Source: an uncultured Gemmatimonadales bacterium
GTDB lineage: Bacteria > Gemmatimonadota > Gemmatimonadetes > Longimicrobiales > Longimicrobiaceae
Direction: 5' to 3'
DNA length: 64,000 bases
Assembly (NCBI GenBank): GCA_963716255.1
Contig: OY970303.1
Span: 1,152,001 to 1,216,000 of the forward strand
The notes beneath the pieces are model-generated. The model was not told where the DNA came from, ran no database searches, and saw nothing but the letters and a program-made list of their open reading frames with translations. Below are positions 43,870-52,970 of this stretch, one piece after another; the stretch's first letter is position 1; each line of letters starts with the position of its first letter. A program made the translations under genes and the position numbers.

Positions 43870-44481
43870 CTACAGCTCGGGAGGCAGGCCGCGGCCGGTC
43901 GGGGTGTACGACAGGCGCAACCGCATCTGCTGGAGAAAGCCGCGGATCTGCGCGCGGTCGTGGCGGCTCAGTGAGCCCACGTCGGCAAACGTGCGGGGAG
44001 CGCCGAGCGTGGAGCGGAGAGAGCGCGCGTCGGAGTGGTTAGCCTCCGCTGCGTCGATCCTCTCGACGGCCCCCTCCACCTTGTTGAGCGCCGCGGCCAG
44101 CTCCTTTTCGCCCTCCCCCGCGTCCACGCACACAGTGACCATGTGGGCCTCGACGGCGCGGACGCGGTGCGAGCCGAGCACGCGCTCCCCCTGCTCCACA
44201 GCCGAAACGATCGGGCGCAGCCGCGCGTCCTCGTCTTCGACCCGCTGCCGCGCCTCTTCGAGATCGCGGTGCAGGGCGACGGGATCCGCCGCCATGTCCC
44301 CGTCGCTCTCCACTTCCGCAATCGCCCGCTCCAACTGCGCGACCCGCTCGCAAGCGGCGCCGAGTGCGGCCTCCGCGGCGGTGCGCGCTTCCAGGACGGG
44401 GGCCAGGGCGGCGCGTGCCTGCTTGACCTGTTTGTCATTCTCGACGACCTGCTCCGCCGTCAGTTTCTCCGTGCGTGCCAT
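43870..44481 (-). CDS. Coiled-coil hypothetical protein (203 aa)
   Basis: ATG 44481 after GGAGAG (MARTEKLTAEQ...); Ala/Glu/Arg-rich heptad pattern. Confidence 0.75.
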   Translation of the reverse strand: MARTEKLTAEQVVENDKQVKQARAALAPVLEARTAAEAALGAACERVAQLERAIAEVESDGDMAADPVALHRDLEEARQRVEDEDARLRPIVSAVEQGERVLGSHRVRAVEAHMVTVCVDAGEGEKELAAALNKVEGAVERIDAAEANHSDARSLRSTLGAPRTFADVGSLSRHDRAQIRGFLQQMRLRLSYTPTGRGLPPEL

Positions 44482-44530
44482 GCTCTCCGTTGGTCTGCCT
44501 GGTGTATGGTCTGGCCCTGCAGGGCCGGCG

Positions 44531-46207
44531 CTACTTCGTATCGAACAGGCTCCGCACCCCGCCGTAGCCGGCGGCGCCCGCCGCGGCGGCCCCAAGCGTC
44601 TTCCAGCCGGCGCGCTTCAGCCAGCTATCCGGCGCGGCCAGCTGAGAGTCCGCGAACGCCTGGCCGGTCCGCTCCAGGTCGGCCATGAACTCACGATAAG
44701 CCGCCTCGTCGCGGAACATCATGCGGAGCTTGGCAGACATGCCGACGCTCTGGAGCCGCTGCACCTCCGCCCGCGTGACGCGCCGGCCCTTCGTGGCGAG
44801 CTGGTCATAGAGGCGTGACGCCATCCCCATGCGGAAGTGGTCGCGGGCGGCCCCCTCCGGGAGCGCCGCAAGGCGCTGCTCGATCTGCTCCAGATTCGAT
44901 TTCGCGCCGGCCGTGTATCCCTCATCGAAGGCCGACGAGGCGCGGCGCGCCAGCTTCCATTGCGCGTTTGCGTCCGTGTACCCGGGGAGCTTCTGTTCCA
45001 TCGCGTCCGTGAGGCGCTGCGCGGCGTCGCGGTGCATCTGCGCGGCGTGCCAGTCCCCGGCCCTCTCGTTCCGCGTGGCGCGGGAGGTGAGGGCGTTCCG
45101 GATCTGCTGCAACTCGCGGAAGCTGGGCGCGGCCTTCTGCTGTACCGCCTTCGCGCCCATGACCTTGCGGGCCGCGGGCACGATCTCCGGCGAGCGCAGC
45201 AGCGTACGCAGCGCCGGGTCCTGAATCACCGGGTGCGCCTCTTCCAGCGGACGATAGGCTGTCTCGCTGATCCGGGTCAGCTCGCGCCGTGCAGCGTCCC
45301 GCGCAGGCCCCAGCTTGCCGCCGGGGATGCCAGCGCCCCGGGCGACGCGCTCCGCAATCTCGTCGACGCGCGGCGCTTTCTCGACGATCTCCCGCGCGCC
45401 CTCTACCAGCTGGCGACGCGCACGGCCGCCCGCCGCCCTCCCGGCGGCCCCCGCCACCGTGCCGAGAACGGCGCTCGTGACGGCCCCCGTAGCCGCGCCA
45501 ACCGCGGCCCCCTGGAGCCGGCCCGTAAGATCGTCGGCGTCGCTTTCCCCGAACCCGAAGAGACCGCCCGACAGCGCCCCGGCGCCGGCTGCACCCGCCA
45601 CTGCCCTGCCCGCCTGCGCCATCTGCCCCGCCCTGCCTGCCAGGTACGCGCCGCGCAGGGAGCCCGCGGAGCCGAGCCCCGGGAGCAGCATGCCGCCGAC
45701 AGCTTCCGCCGCGAGGGCCTGCACGGGGTGCTCCCCCCGGATCCGCCCCAGCTCCGCGCGCTGCGCCGCGACGGCCTCGCGGCCCTCCTCCGTCTGGTTC
45801 GCCAGCAGCACGGACAGGGGGATCCCCACCGGGCTAGCACCGCGCAGGGCACGCAGCGCCCCGCCTCTCCAGCCGGGGACCGCGTCGACCGCGGCCATTT
45901 CGTCCGCAAAGCCGAAGGTGAAGCCCTGCGCCCCCATGCGGAGCGCGTCGGCGGCGCCCATGAACCCGCCGCCGCTGCCGCCGGCCGGGGGTGCTTCCTC
46001 GGCGGGGGGTTCGTCGTAGGCGCCGGCCGCGAATGCCGCCGCGGCCACGGAGCCCGGGGGCGCGACGGCCTGCCGGAGCTGGTCGAAGCTGCGGACCTGG
46101 CCGCCCGTCTCCCTGGCAATCACAGCGTCAACGCCCGCAGGGTCGGCGCCTTCGGCCAGGTGGCGCTGCGCGAGCGCGAGAAGTTGCTGGGGGGTGAGCG
46201 GATCCAT
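44531..46207 (-). CDS. Putative DNA ejection/internal virion protein (gp16-position), 558 aa
   Basis: Ala/Gly-rich and helical, with AQGFTFGFADEM motif and glycine-zipper hydrophobic segments. Third gene of the trio, coupled by TAATG. Confidence 0.65.
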   Translation of the reverse strand: MDPLTPQQLLALAQRHLAEGADPAGVDAVIARETGGQVRSFDQLRQAVAPPGSVAAAAFAAGAYDEPPAEEAPPAGGSGGGFMGAADALRMGAQGFTFGFADEMAAVDAVPGWRGGALRALRGASPVGIPLSVLLANQTEEGREAVAAQRAELGRIRGEHPVQALAAEAVGGMLLPGLGSAGSLRGAYLAGRAGQMAQAGRAVAGAAGAGALSGGLFGFGESDADDLTGRLQGAAVGAATGAVTSAVLGTVAGAAGRAAGGRARRQLVEGAREIVEKAPRVDEIAERVARGAGIPGGKLGPARDAARRELTRISETAYRPLEEAHPVIQDPALRTLLRSPEIVPAARKVMGAKAVQQKAAPSFRELQQIRNALTSRATRNERAGDWHAAQMHRDAAQRLTDAMEQKLPGYTDANAQWKLARRASSAFDEGYTAGAKSNLEQIEQRLAALPEGAARDHFRMGMASRLYDQLATKGRRVTRAEVQRLQSVGMSAKLRMMFRDEAAYREFMADLERTGQAFADSQLAAPDSWLKRAGWKTLGAAAAGAAGYGGVRSLFDTK

Positions 46208-47595
46208 TAGCGATTCCTCCGGGGCACGGCCGCGAACGGGTCGCGCGCCGGGGCGGCGGGCGGGGCGGCTCTGCCGGCCGCCTGCTCTACCGCCTGCATC
46301 ATCGTGCGGCGGGCGTTCGCCTTCTGGCGCAGCGTCGCCGGCCGGTCGCCGGGCATTGGCATGAAAGTGCGTTTGTTGCGCTCATATTCCTGCTCGGTCA
46401 CGCCCTTCCCGGAAACAACCATGTTGTACGCCCCAAGCATCTGCATTCCGGCCTGGTCTACCTGCTGCTCAGCCTGGGTCGTAATGGCATGGCCGACAAC
46501 CGGAATCCGGTTCACCACGGAGCCGGCGATTGTGCGCTCCATGCGGTCAATCAGCGGCGCCGCCTGCCGGGCCATCCGGAGCGCGGCACCCGCCATGCGC
46601 TCGCCCTCGCTGGGCTTGGCCGCCGTCGAGCGCAGCGCGCCGCCGCCGGGTCCCTGGACCGGGCGCGTCTCCCCGGTGCGGGGGTTCACCTGCACCACCC
46701 CCTCGTCTGTGCTGAGCATCTGCCAGTTGACGGCCCTCCCGGTGCCGTCCCCGTCGCCGCTACCGCGCGAGCTGGGCGCGGCGCCCTTGCGCTCGACGTG
46801 GACGACGGCCTGCGGGTTGCCCTTCCGGAAGTACACGACACGGTCCCCAAGGTCCTGGCTGTCCAGCTCCGGCGCGCCCGCGAGCTGCGCCCCGTCCGGC
46901 CCCTGCACGGCCTGCGTCTGCCCGGTGCGGGGATCGAAAGCGTACACCTTCCCGTCTGGCCCCTGGAACCGCTCCAGCTTTACGGCGCCGTTGTTCTGCG
47001 CGGCCTCCATCGCCTTTATGACTTCGGAGATCGAGCGGGCGGAATCGTGGTCCCCGGTGCGGATCGCTTCCTGGAACATCTGGCGCAGCTCGGGGAGCCC
47101 GGCACCCTGCGCGATGATCTGCTGCATCCGCTGGCGCTGCGCCGCCTGCGCCATGCCCCCGCGCGCCTGGCCGCCGGCCGATTGCCCGGCGAGCGCACCC
47201 GTCGCGAGCACCTGGCCGAGCCCCTGCCCCTCGCCCGCGGCGAGCATCGCCTGGAGCCCGCCACGCAGTAGGGCCTGGCGCTGGGCGCGCTGGTTCTCCG
47301 CAGCGGAAAGGCGGGGGTCGTACTCGCCGCCGAACACGGTCCCCAGCGCATCCGTCACGGAGCGCAACGCGCCGCCGGCGCCCTGGCCGCGGCCGGTGTC
47401 GGTGCGGGGCGCGATCGGCGGCGTCCGGAGGGAGACGCGCACGCCCGGCTGCTGCACGCCGGCCGGGTTCATCCGGGGATCGGTCATGTCGTCGAAGAGG
47501 CCGAGCCCCTGCGTATCGGCCCCCTCAAACAGACCGAGACCCGCACGCGAAATCGCGCGGGGGTCGAAGAAAAGGGGCGTGGGGCGTCGGTACAC
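46207..47595 (-). CDS. Putative DNA ejection protein (gp20-position), 462 aa
   Basis: GTG after AGGAG; Gln/Ala/Gly-rich with two (D/N)PRTG.T..VQGP.G repeats; lies directly after the gp7-like gene. Confidence 0.6.
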   Translation of the reverse strand: MYRRPTPLFFDPRAISRAGLGLFEGADTQGLGLFDDMTDPRMNPAGVQQPGVRVSLRTPPIAPRTDTGRGQGAGGALRSVTDALGTVFGGEYDPRLSAAENQRAQRQALLRGGLQAMLAAGEGQGLGQVLATGALAGQSAGGQARGGMAQAAQRQRMQQIIAQGAGLPELRQMFQEAIRTGDHDSARSISEVIKAMEAAQNNGAVKLERFQGPDGKVYAFDPRTGQTQAVQGPDGAQLAGAPELDSQDLGDRVVYFRKGNPQAVVHVERKGAAPSSRGSGDGDGTGRAVNWQMLSTDEGVVQVNPRTGETRPVQGPGGGALRSTAAKPSEGERMAGAALRMARQAAPLIDRMERTIAGSVVNRIPVVGHAITTQAEQQVDQAGMQMLGAYNMVVSGKGVTEQEYERNKRTFMPMPGDRPATLRQKANARRTMMQAVEQAAGRAAPPAAPARDPFAAVPRRNR

Positions 47596-47682
47596 GGCGG
47601 CTCTCCTATGTGTGCGGAAGGCGCCCGGGGGCGGTGCTTCCTGGTGGTCCGGCTCTGGCCGCCGGGGGCGGCCGGTCTGCTG

Positions 47683-48330
47683 TTACGAGAAGAGGCTCCC
47701 CAGGAGCCCGACGCCGCCGCCGATCGCGGCCCCCCAGGGGCCGAAGGCGGAGCCGGCAATCGCGCCGGAGGCGGCGCCGCCGAGCGGGTTCCGGGGGGAG
47801 ACGGCGGTGCTGGTGGAGCCCACCGGGCCCATTCCCAGGTTGAGCATCTGCAAAGCCTGCTGCTGGCGGAACAGCGGCTCCTGCATCTGCCGCTCCCGCA
47901 GCTGCCGCTGCATTTCGGCGTACTGCGTGCCCTGCTGCACCGCGTTCTGCCAACCGCCGGAAAGGAGCTGCGCCAGGGTGGAGCCCTGCGCGCGGTCGAT
48001 CTCTCCCAGGCGAGCCCCGGCCATGACGCCGTGCCGGGAGCCGCCGAAGGCCCCGGCGGCGGTCGCCTGCTGGTTGGCGCTCATGTAGGCGTCGGCGCGC
48101 ATGTGGTCGAATTCGCCGCGGGTGGCGTCGACGACGTTCGACATGTACGGATCGAAGAAAGGCGCCGCCTGATCGGCCACGCTCATTTCCTGCGGGCCGG
48201 TGAAGAGAGGGCCGCCCCCTTGGATCATCCCGGCCCCCTGCCCGGCCATGCGGCGCATCTGCTCGATATACGCCTGGCTCCGCGGGTCGGGGGCCTGGGT
48301 AGTGGTCGACTTGCTTCCGCCCTTCGCCAT
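47683..48330 (-). CDS. P22 gp7-like DNA transfer/ejection protein, 215 aa
   Basis: AGGAG RBS; starts MAKGGSK; ATAAGAFGGSR motif; C-terminus GGAASGAIAGSAFGPWGAAIGGGVGLLGSLFS closely matches the gp7-family ending as I recall it. Confidence 0.8.
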   Translation of the reverse strand: MAKGGSKSTTTQAPDPRSQAYIEQMRRMAGQGAGMIQGGGPLFTGPQEMSVADQAAPFFDPYMSNVVDATRGEFDHMRADAYMSANQQATAAGAFGGSRHGVMAGARLGEIDRAQGSTLAQLLSGGWQNAVQQGTQYAEMQRQLRERQMQEPLFRQQQALQMLNLGMGPVGSTSTAVSPRNPLGGAASGAIAGSAFGPWGAAIGGGVGLLGSLFS

Positions 48331-49393
48331 ATACCGCTTGCTCCTTTTTCACCGGCTCCGGACTGGCCGGGTGGCTGGTGGGGTGGGTTCATCCCGCGCG
48401 CGGGAGGTGTCCGCGAGAGGTGATAGGCCGGAATCTGAGCGGATTTTCCTTGCTGTGCCGATAACGAACCTTGCCAGAATAGACCAAAAATTTTTTCCGG
48501 GGGGCATGTGCCAAGGTGTGTCGAGTGCCGCACGCGCGGCCCCCGCCGCCCGCGGCGACCGGGGGGTGGGGTGGACCCCCCGGAGGTACCCCCCGCCCCT
48601 ACCCGACGCGCCCCGCTGGGGAGGGGCACCGGCCAGTAAACCACGCCCCGGCAACGACTTAGCGCGCCGCTCGCCTCCGCCCGGTCGCACAGAACGGCAG
48701 GCCCCCGGGGGCACCGACGCTACAACGACCCGCGCCGCGTCTGGCTTTCTGGCATCGTGACGGGAGGGGGGTACCATGGCCCCGGCACCCCGCCGGAAGG
48801 GGGAGGGGGTGCTCGACGCGGCCCCCTCCGACCGGATGCACATGCATCCGCGGCACCCCGCCGGAAGGGGGAAATTGCAGGTTTCGCCCTTTGCATACAT
48901 ATGCAAAGGCGAAAAGTGAGCAAATACGCCGATAAACGGGCATCGGCATTTCCTTATAATGGGCCTTATGTAAACCTGAACGGGTGCGCATGCAGGCCGG
49001 GCTGCATATCCATGCACGCCCGCCCCTCGCGCGCGCGAGGGAACACGCGAGGGCCAGCTCCCGCGCGAATCCGCTGGGCCCTTCAAATTGCCAGGTTGTC
49101 AATTTGGCAATTTGAACAACGCGCTATAATGCGATTGGGGCGCGCGGCTGGCGGCCCCCTTCCTGGAAGCGAGCCCGGCGCGCCGAGCACCGGGCCCCGC
49201 GGCGACGCGCCAGGATGCCCCAGGACGCACGATCGCCCCAGGCCAGGGCGGCGAGCCCCGGGGCGGCTGGCGCCGTCGAGCGCAGCGCCGCGCAGGGGCA
49301 CGAGGGGGCCCGGATAGGGGGGGGGGTGTCTTCTGCGCGAGCGAAGCGTGTTTCTGCTCCGTCGCGGCCCCCTCCCGGGCTCCGCCGGGCCAG

Positions 49394-49786
49394 TGGGACA
49401 TACTCGTGTGTCCCGGGACACACGAGTATGTCCCAGCTAACATCTTGTCAACCTGGCGTTTAGATACTGTGGGACACACGGGACATACAAATTACTATTT
49501 TGATTAGGATTTAGATTGTATATACCAAATGGTTAATATACTCAGGGGAGATAGCTGAATATCTATATAGGATTCGGATTTTGTGTGTCCCGTGTGTCCC
49601 GGCCCTCTCCCGGGGGGCCGTAAGTTGTGGGTTGGGAACGACTTGCCCCGGGACACACGGCCCGTCTTTCTGTGTGTCCCGCGTCTGTCCCGCTGTGCTC
49701 CTCGTGTGTCCCGCCCCAACGCCGTTGTACCCCGGAGGGGGCCGCATACCCCCCGGGGGGTCACGGGCCATGCTTCCGGGTGTCCC
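49394..49786. repeat. Iteron array and probable replication origin: 13 copies of GGGACAYAC (two variant) in both orientations around an AT-rich core
   Basis: Copies start at 49395, 49406, 49415, 49426, 49471, 49480, 49583, 49592, 49650, 49672, 49683, 49704 and 49778. The AT-rich tract 49489-49582 is flanked by two tandem pairs facing inward. Confidence 0.8.
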
Positions 49787-50492
49787 GGTTCCCCTCGTGC
49801 CGGCCTATCACCTTGTGAACGCGACGGACGCGACCCGGCGCGGCTCATCTCATACCCCCAGCAGTACCCGGTGCGCTTGCCCGTGCGCCACCTACCGCCG
49901 ACCAGCTCCCCCTGGCCGGGGGTAGTCGTTTGTATACCCTGCCCCGCTCCGACCCCGCCCGAGCAGCACCAATTCCCTTATGCAATACAACGCTACTATT
50001 GCAGGCAAATGCTTGCGATCCGGATTTATGCAACTGATCTGTGCAAACTGTGCAACCTCTTTCCTGTGTGATTTTTAGGGATGATTTCCGATCTGTGCAC
50101 GCACGGACCCGACCTTACATACGATCGCCACCTGGAAACACGCAGCGGAGAAAGCGCGCGAAATTGCACCCAAACGCTGTTGTATAACACAGTTAGTACG
50201 TCTCCGGAGCGATTGCTTGCCCCCGGGGCGGCGTGCATCTTCCTCCCTGCCTTCCTCGCGTCGCGGCGAGGTTGGCAAAGGGGACCGGAACCCCTGTAGC
50301 TGCCGCAAAAGGCGTTATTGCGGCGGCACTGTTCGGGTTCTGTCGGTTCAGGTACCGTTCCCCTCGTTGTTTCGTGCACGGGCAATCACAACTCGCCGCC
50401 GTACCCTGCTGGCCTCCCCCTGTCGCGGGTGGCGCCAGCGCATAGGATCGAGCGGCCACCGGACGCAATGCGCGTCCGGCCGGGGAATCGTA

Positions 50493-52970
50493 ATGCCGAA
50501 TCCGGCTCAGTCAGCGGCACCCGCCGTGGCCCCCCTCAACAGCAGTACCCCGCAGCAGCTCCACCCGGCCTACCAGCTGGAGGGGGCCTTTCCGCGTGCC
50601 CTCGTGTCCGTGTGTCCGCCGGACGCTCCGGTCTACTTGGACGATCCCGCGCTCTTGAAGGAACGCGGAAAGGCCCCCGCTCGTGCAAACGAGCAGGGGC
50701 GATTTTTCGCGTACGACTGCCACAAGCTGGAGGTCAGCGCTTCCCAGGTGGTCAAGTGGAACGCGAGTCTCGGCGCACACCTCGGCCGTGCCGGGTGGGC
50801 CGTGGTGGATATAGACGTGGACACAGCGCGCCTCTCGGATGGGATCAGCGTAAGCGCAATCGGAGAGCTGGGCGACGCGCCCGTGCGAACGTCGAACGGC
50901 GCCCGCCTAATGCTGTTCTATCGCTGCGCCGAACCGATCCCCTACCGCAAGCTTGTCCTCCCCTCCCTCGACGGGCGGGCGCAGCAGGTGGAGGTGTACA
51001 GCGGAGATCGGCAGGTGGTCGTTCATGGCAAGCACCCGTCCGGGCGCAACTACGGGTGGAGAGGGACCCCGGTCTGGTCATGGAAGCGTGAAGCGCTGGC
51101 CGAAGTGACCGCGGAGCAGATCGACACCTTTCTGCCCGGCCTGGTGGAGAAGCTGGGGCAGGCGGGAGTCAAGGCGTCGCTCGGCGGGCGCACGGCCGCC
51201 CGCGCCGCGGCCCCTCCCCCGCCGCAAGAGGATCTGCGCGCCCCGTCGATCGACGCGCTGCGCGGCCTCCCGCTGCCGCCGAACCCGCCGGAATTCGGCT
51301 GGGACGACTTCGTGCGCCACATGTACGCTTATCGCGCGGCGGGCGCCGACGATCTCGAAACGGCGCGCGAGCTGTTCGACGCCTGGGCAGCACAGCACCC
51401 GCGGTACGATTCCGACGTGGTCGACGTGCAATGGGGCAAGGTCGAGCGCGTCGACGATGCCCGCGTGGGCTGGTCCTGGCTGGCGGAGCAGGCCGGATAC
51501 AACACGGCGCAGGACGAATTCCAGGCGGACCCGTCGCTGGCCGCGGCGTCGTCGCGGCCCCCTCCGCTCGTGATCGACCCCGCCGACCCGCTCGACGCGG
51601 CGCGTAGGATTGTTCAGCGCTTCTACTTCGACACGGCGGAGGGCGTCCGTACGCTGTACAACCGCGGGGGCGTGTTCTGGAGCCACGAGGAGGGCGCATA
51701 CCGTGAGGTGCGTTACCACGCAATGCGCGCTCGTGTGTGGGGGCATCTGGAGCACGCGGTGAAGGCCGCGGGGGACGGCGGGCGAGTCAAGCCGACAGTG
51801 GCGCTTGTAAGTGCCATCCTTGACGCCATGGGCTCGGCGGCCTTCCTCTCTGAAAAAGTGGAGGCGGGCGCCTGGCTTCACCAGCTCCCCGGCGACCCCC
51901 CGGCGAAGGAGTTAATCGCCGTCCGTAATGGCCTCTTTCACATCCCCACACGGAAGGTTTACCCGCACACACCGCGGATCTTCCTTCAGCATAGCCTGCC
52001 GTTTGACTTCACCGGCAACGAGCCGTCCCCCAAAGAGCTGCACAAGTTTTTCGACGGGGTTTGTCCGGGCGAGTGGGCCGACCAAATCCCACTACTGCAA
52101 GAGTGGGCGGGATACTGCCTATCCGGTGATACCTCGCTTCAAAAAGCCCTAATGCTGATCGGTGACAAACGATCCGGCAAAGGGACCTGGGTGCGGCTGC
52201 TGGAGTGGATGCTAGGCCGTGAAAACTGCTGCTCCCCCACGCTCGCCGGGCTGGGGGACCGCTTCGGGCTGGAGCCGCTGCGGGGTAAGCTTCTCGCGAC
52301 CGTACAAGATGCCCGCTTTCAGCCGGGGCGCGGTGGGAACGCAAGGACCGTCGAGCGCCTGCTCTCCATAACGGGGCAGGACAGCTTGACAATCGACCGA
52401 AAGGGAGTCCCCGCAATCACCGAAACCCTTGCGGCCCGGATCGTGGTTGTTTCCAACCTCATGCCCCGTTTCGACGACAGCAGCACGGCGCTCGCGAGCC
52501 GGTTTCTCTGCGTGCGGTTCCCCGTCTCTTTCATCAACCGAGAGGATCCGGGTTTAGGCCACCGTCTGCGCCAAGAGCTTCCGTCAATCATGGCGTGGGC
52601 CCTTGAAGGGCTCGCCCGGCTCCAGGCCCGGGGGTACTTCGTCCAGCCTGCCAGCGGGGCGTCGACTGCTCGCGATCTGCTGGAACTTAGCTCTCCAATT
52701 ACTTGCTTCCTCGACGAGGAATGCGAGCGGGGGGCCGGATACGAGGTATCGCGACCAAAGTTGTACGCTCACTGGCAGGCCTACTGCCACGAACGCGGCG
52801 AGTACCCGGGAACGGCTAACGCCTTCGGCGCGGCGCTGAAGGCGGTTATCGGGGATCGCACGCGGTCACACCGGGCCGCCGATGGGGGCAAGGTGCGGTA
52901 TTACGTCGGGGTGCGCATCCGCCAGGATTTCGACGAGTTCGATATCCCAGGCACGCAGGAGGCGAGTTGA
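50493..52970 (+). CDS. Prim-Pol / PriCT-2 / D5-type SF3 helicase (P4-family-like primase-helicase), 825 aa
   Basis: ATG 50493 after GGGGA. Prim-Pol motifs VVDIDVD and QVVVHGKHPSG..Y.W; PriCT-like WDDF...LFDAWA...RYD; IAVRNG; LQEWAGYCL; Walker A LIGDKRSGKGT; VVSN.MPRF.D.S.ALASR. Confidence 0.92.
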   Translation: MPNPAQSAAPAVAPLNSSTPQQLHPAYQLEGAFPRALVSVCPPDAPVYLDDPALLKERGKAPARANEQGRFFAYDCHKLEVSASQVVKWNASLGAHLGRAGWAVVDIDVDTARLSDGISVSAIGELGDAPVRTSNGARLMLFYRCAEPIPYRKLVLPSLDGRAQQVEVYSGDRQVVVHGKHPSGRNYGWRGTPVWSWKREALAEVTAEQIDTFLPGLVEKLGQAGVKASLGGRTAARAAAPPPPQEDLRAPSIDALRGLPLPPNPPEFGWDDFVRHMYAYRAAGADDLETARELFDAWAAQHPRYDSDVVDVQWGKVERVDDARVGWSWLAEQAGYNTAQDEFQADPSLAAASSRPPPLVIDPADPLDAARRIVQRFYFDTAEGVRTLYNRGGVFWSHEEGAYREVRYHAMRARVWGHLEHAVKAAGDGGRVKPTVALVSAILDAMGSAAFLSEKVEAGAWLHQLPGDPPAKELIAVRNGLFHIPTRKVYPHTPRIFLQHSLPFDFTGNEPSPKELHKFFDGVCPGEWADQIPLLQEWAGYCLSGDTSLQKALMLIGDKRSGKGTWVRLLEWMLGRENCCSPTLAGLGDRFGLEPLRGKLLATVQDARFQPGRGGNARTVERLLSITGQDSLTIDRKGVPAITETLAARIVVVSNLMPRFDDSSTALASRFLCVRFPVSFINREDPGLGHRLRQELPSIMAWALEGLARLQARGYFVQPASGASTARDLLELSSPITCFLDEECERGAGYEVSRPKLYAHWQAYCHERGEYPGTANAFGAALKAVIGDRTRSHRAADGGKVRYYVGVRIRQDFDEFDIPGTQEAS

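Noticed and set aside
48783..48872. Two 22-bp direct repeats with a 46-bp spacer, considered as a mini-CRISPR
   Set aside because: Only two copies and no cas genes in the window.
49394..49435. Palindrome as a protelomerase (telRL) site
   Set aside because: No protelomerase or tyrosine-recombinase gene is present, the element integrates by a serine recombinase, and the palindrome is made of the iteron motif.
48349..50468. Many short overlapping ORFs in the element's central region
   Set aside because: No RBS or motif support, and they overlap palindromes and iterons. Treated as non-coding, though a small gene cannot be excluded.
50217..50492. N-terminal 92 aa of the 917-aa primase ORF
   Set aside because: A better start with an RBS exists at 50493, and the extension looks non-coding.
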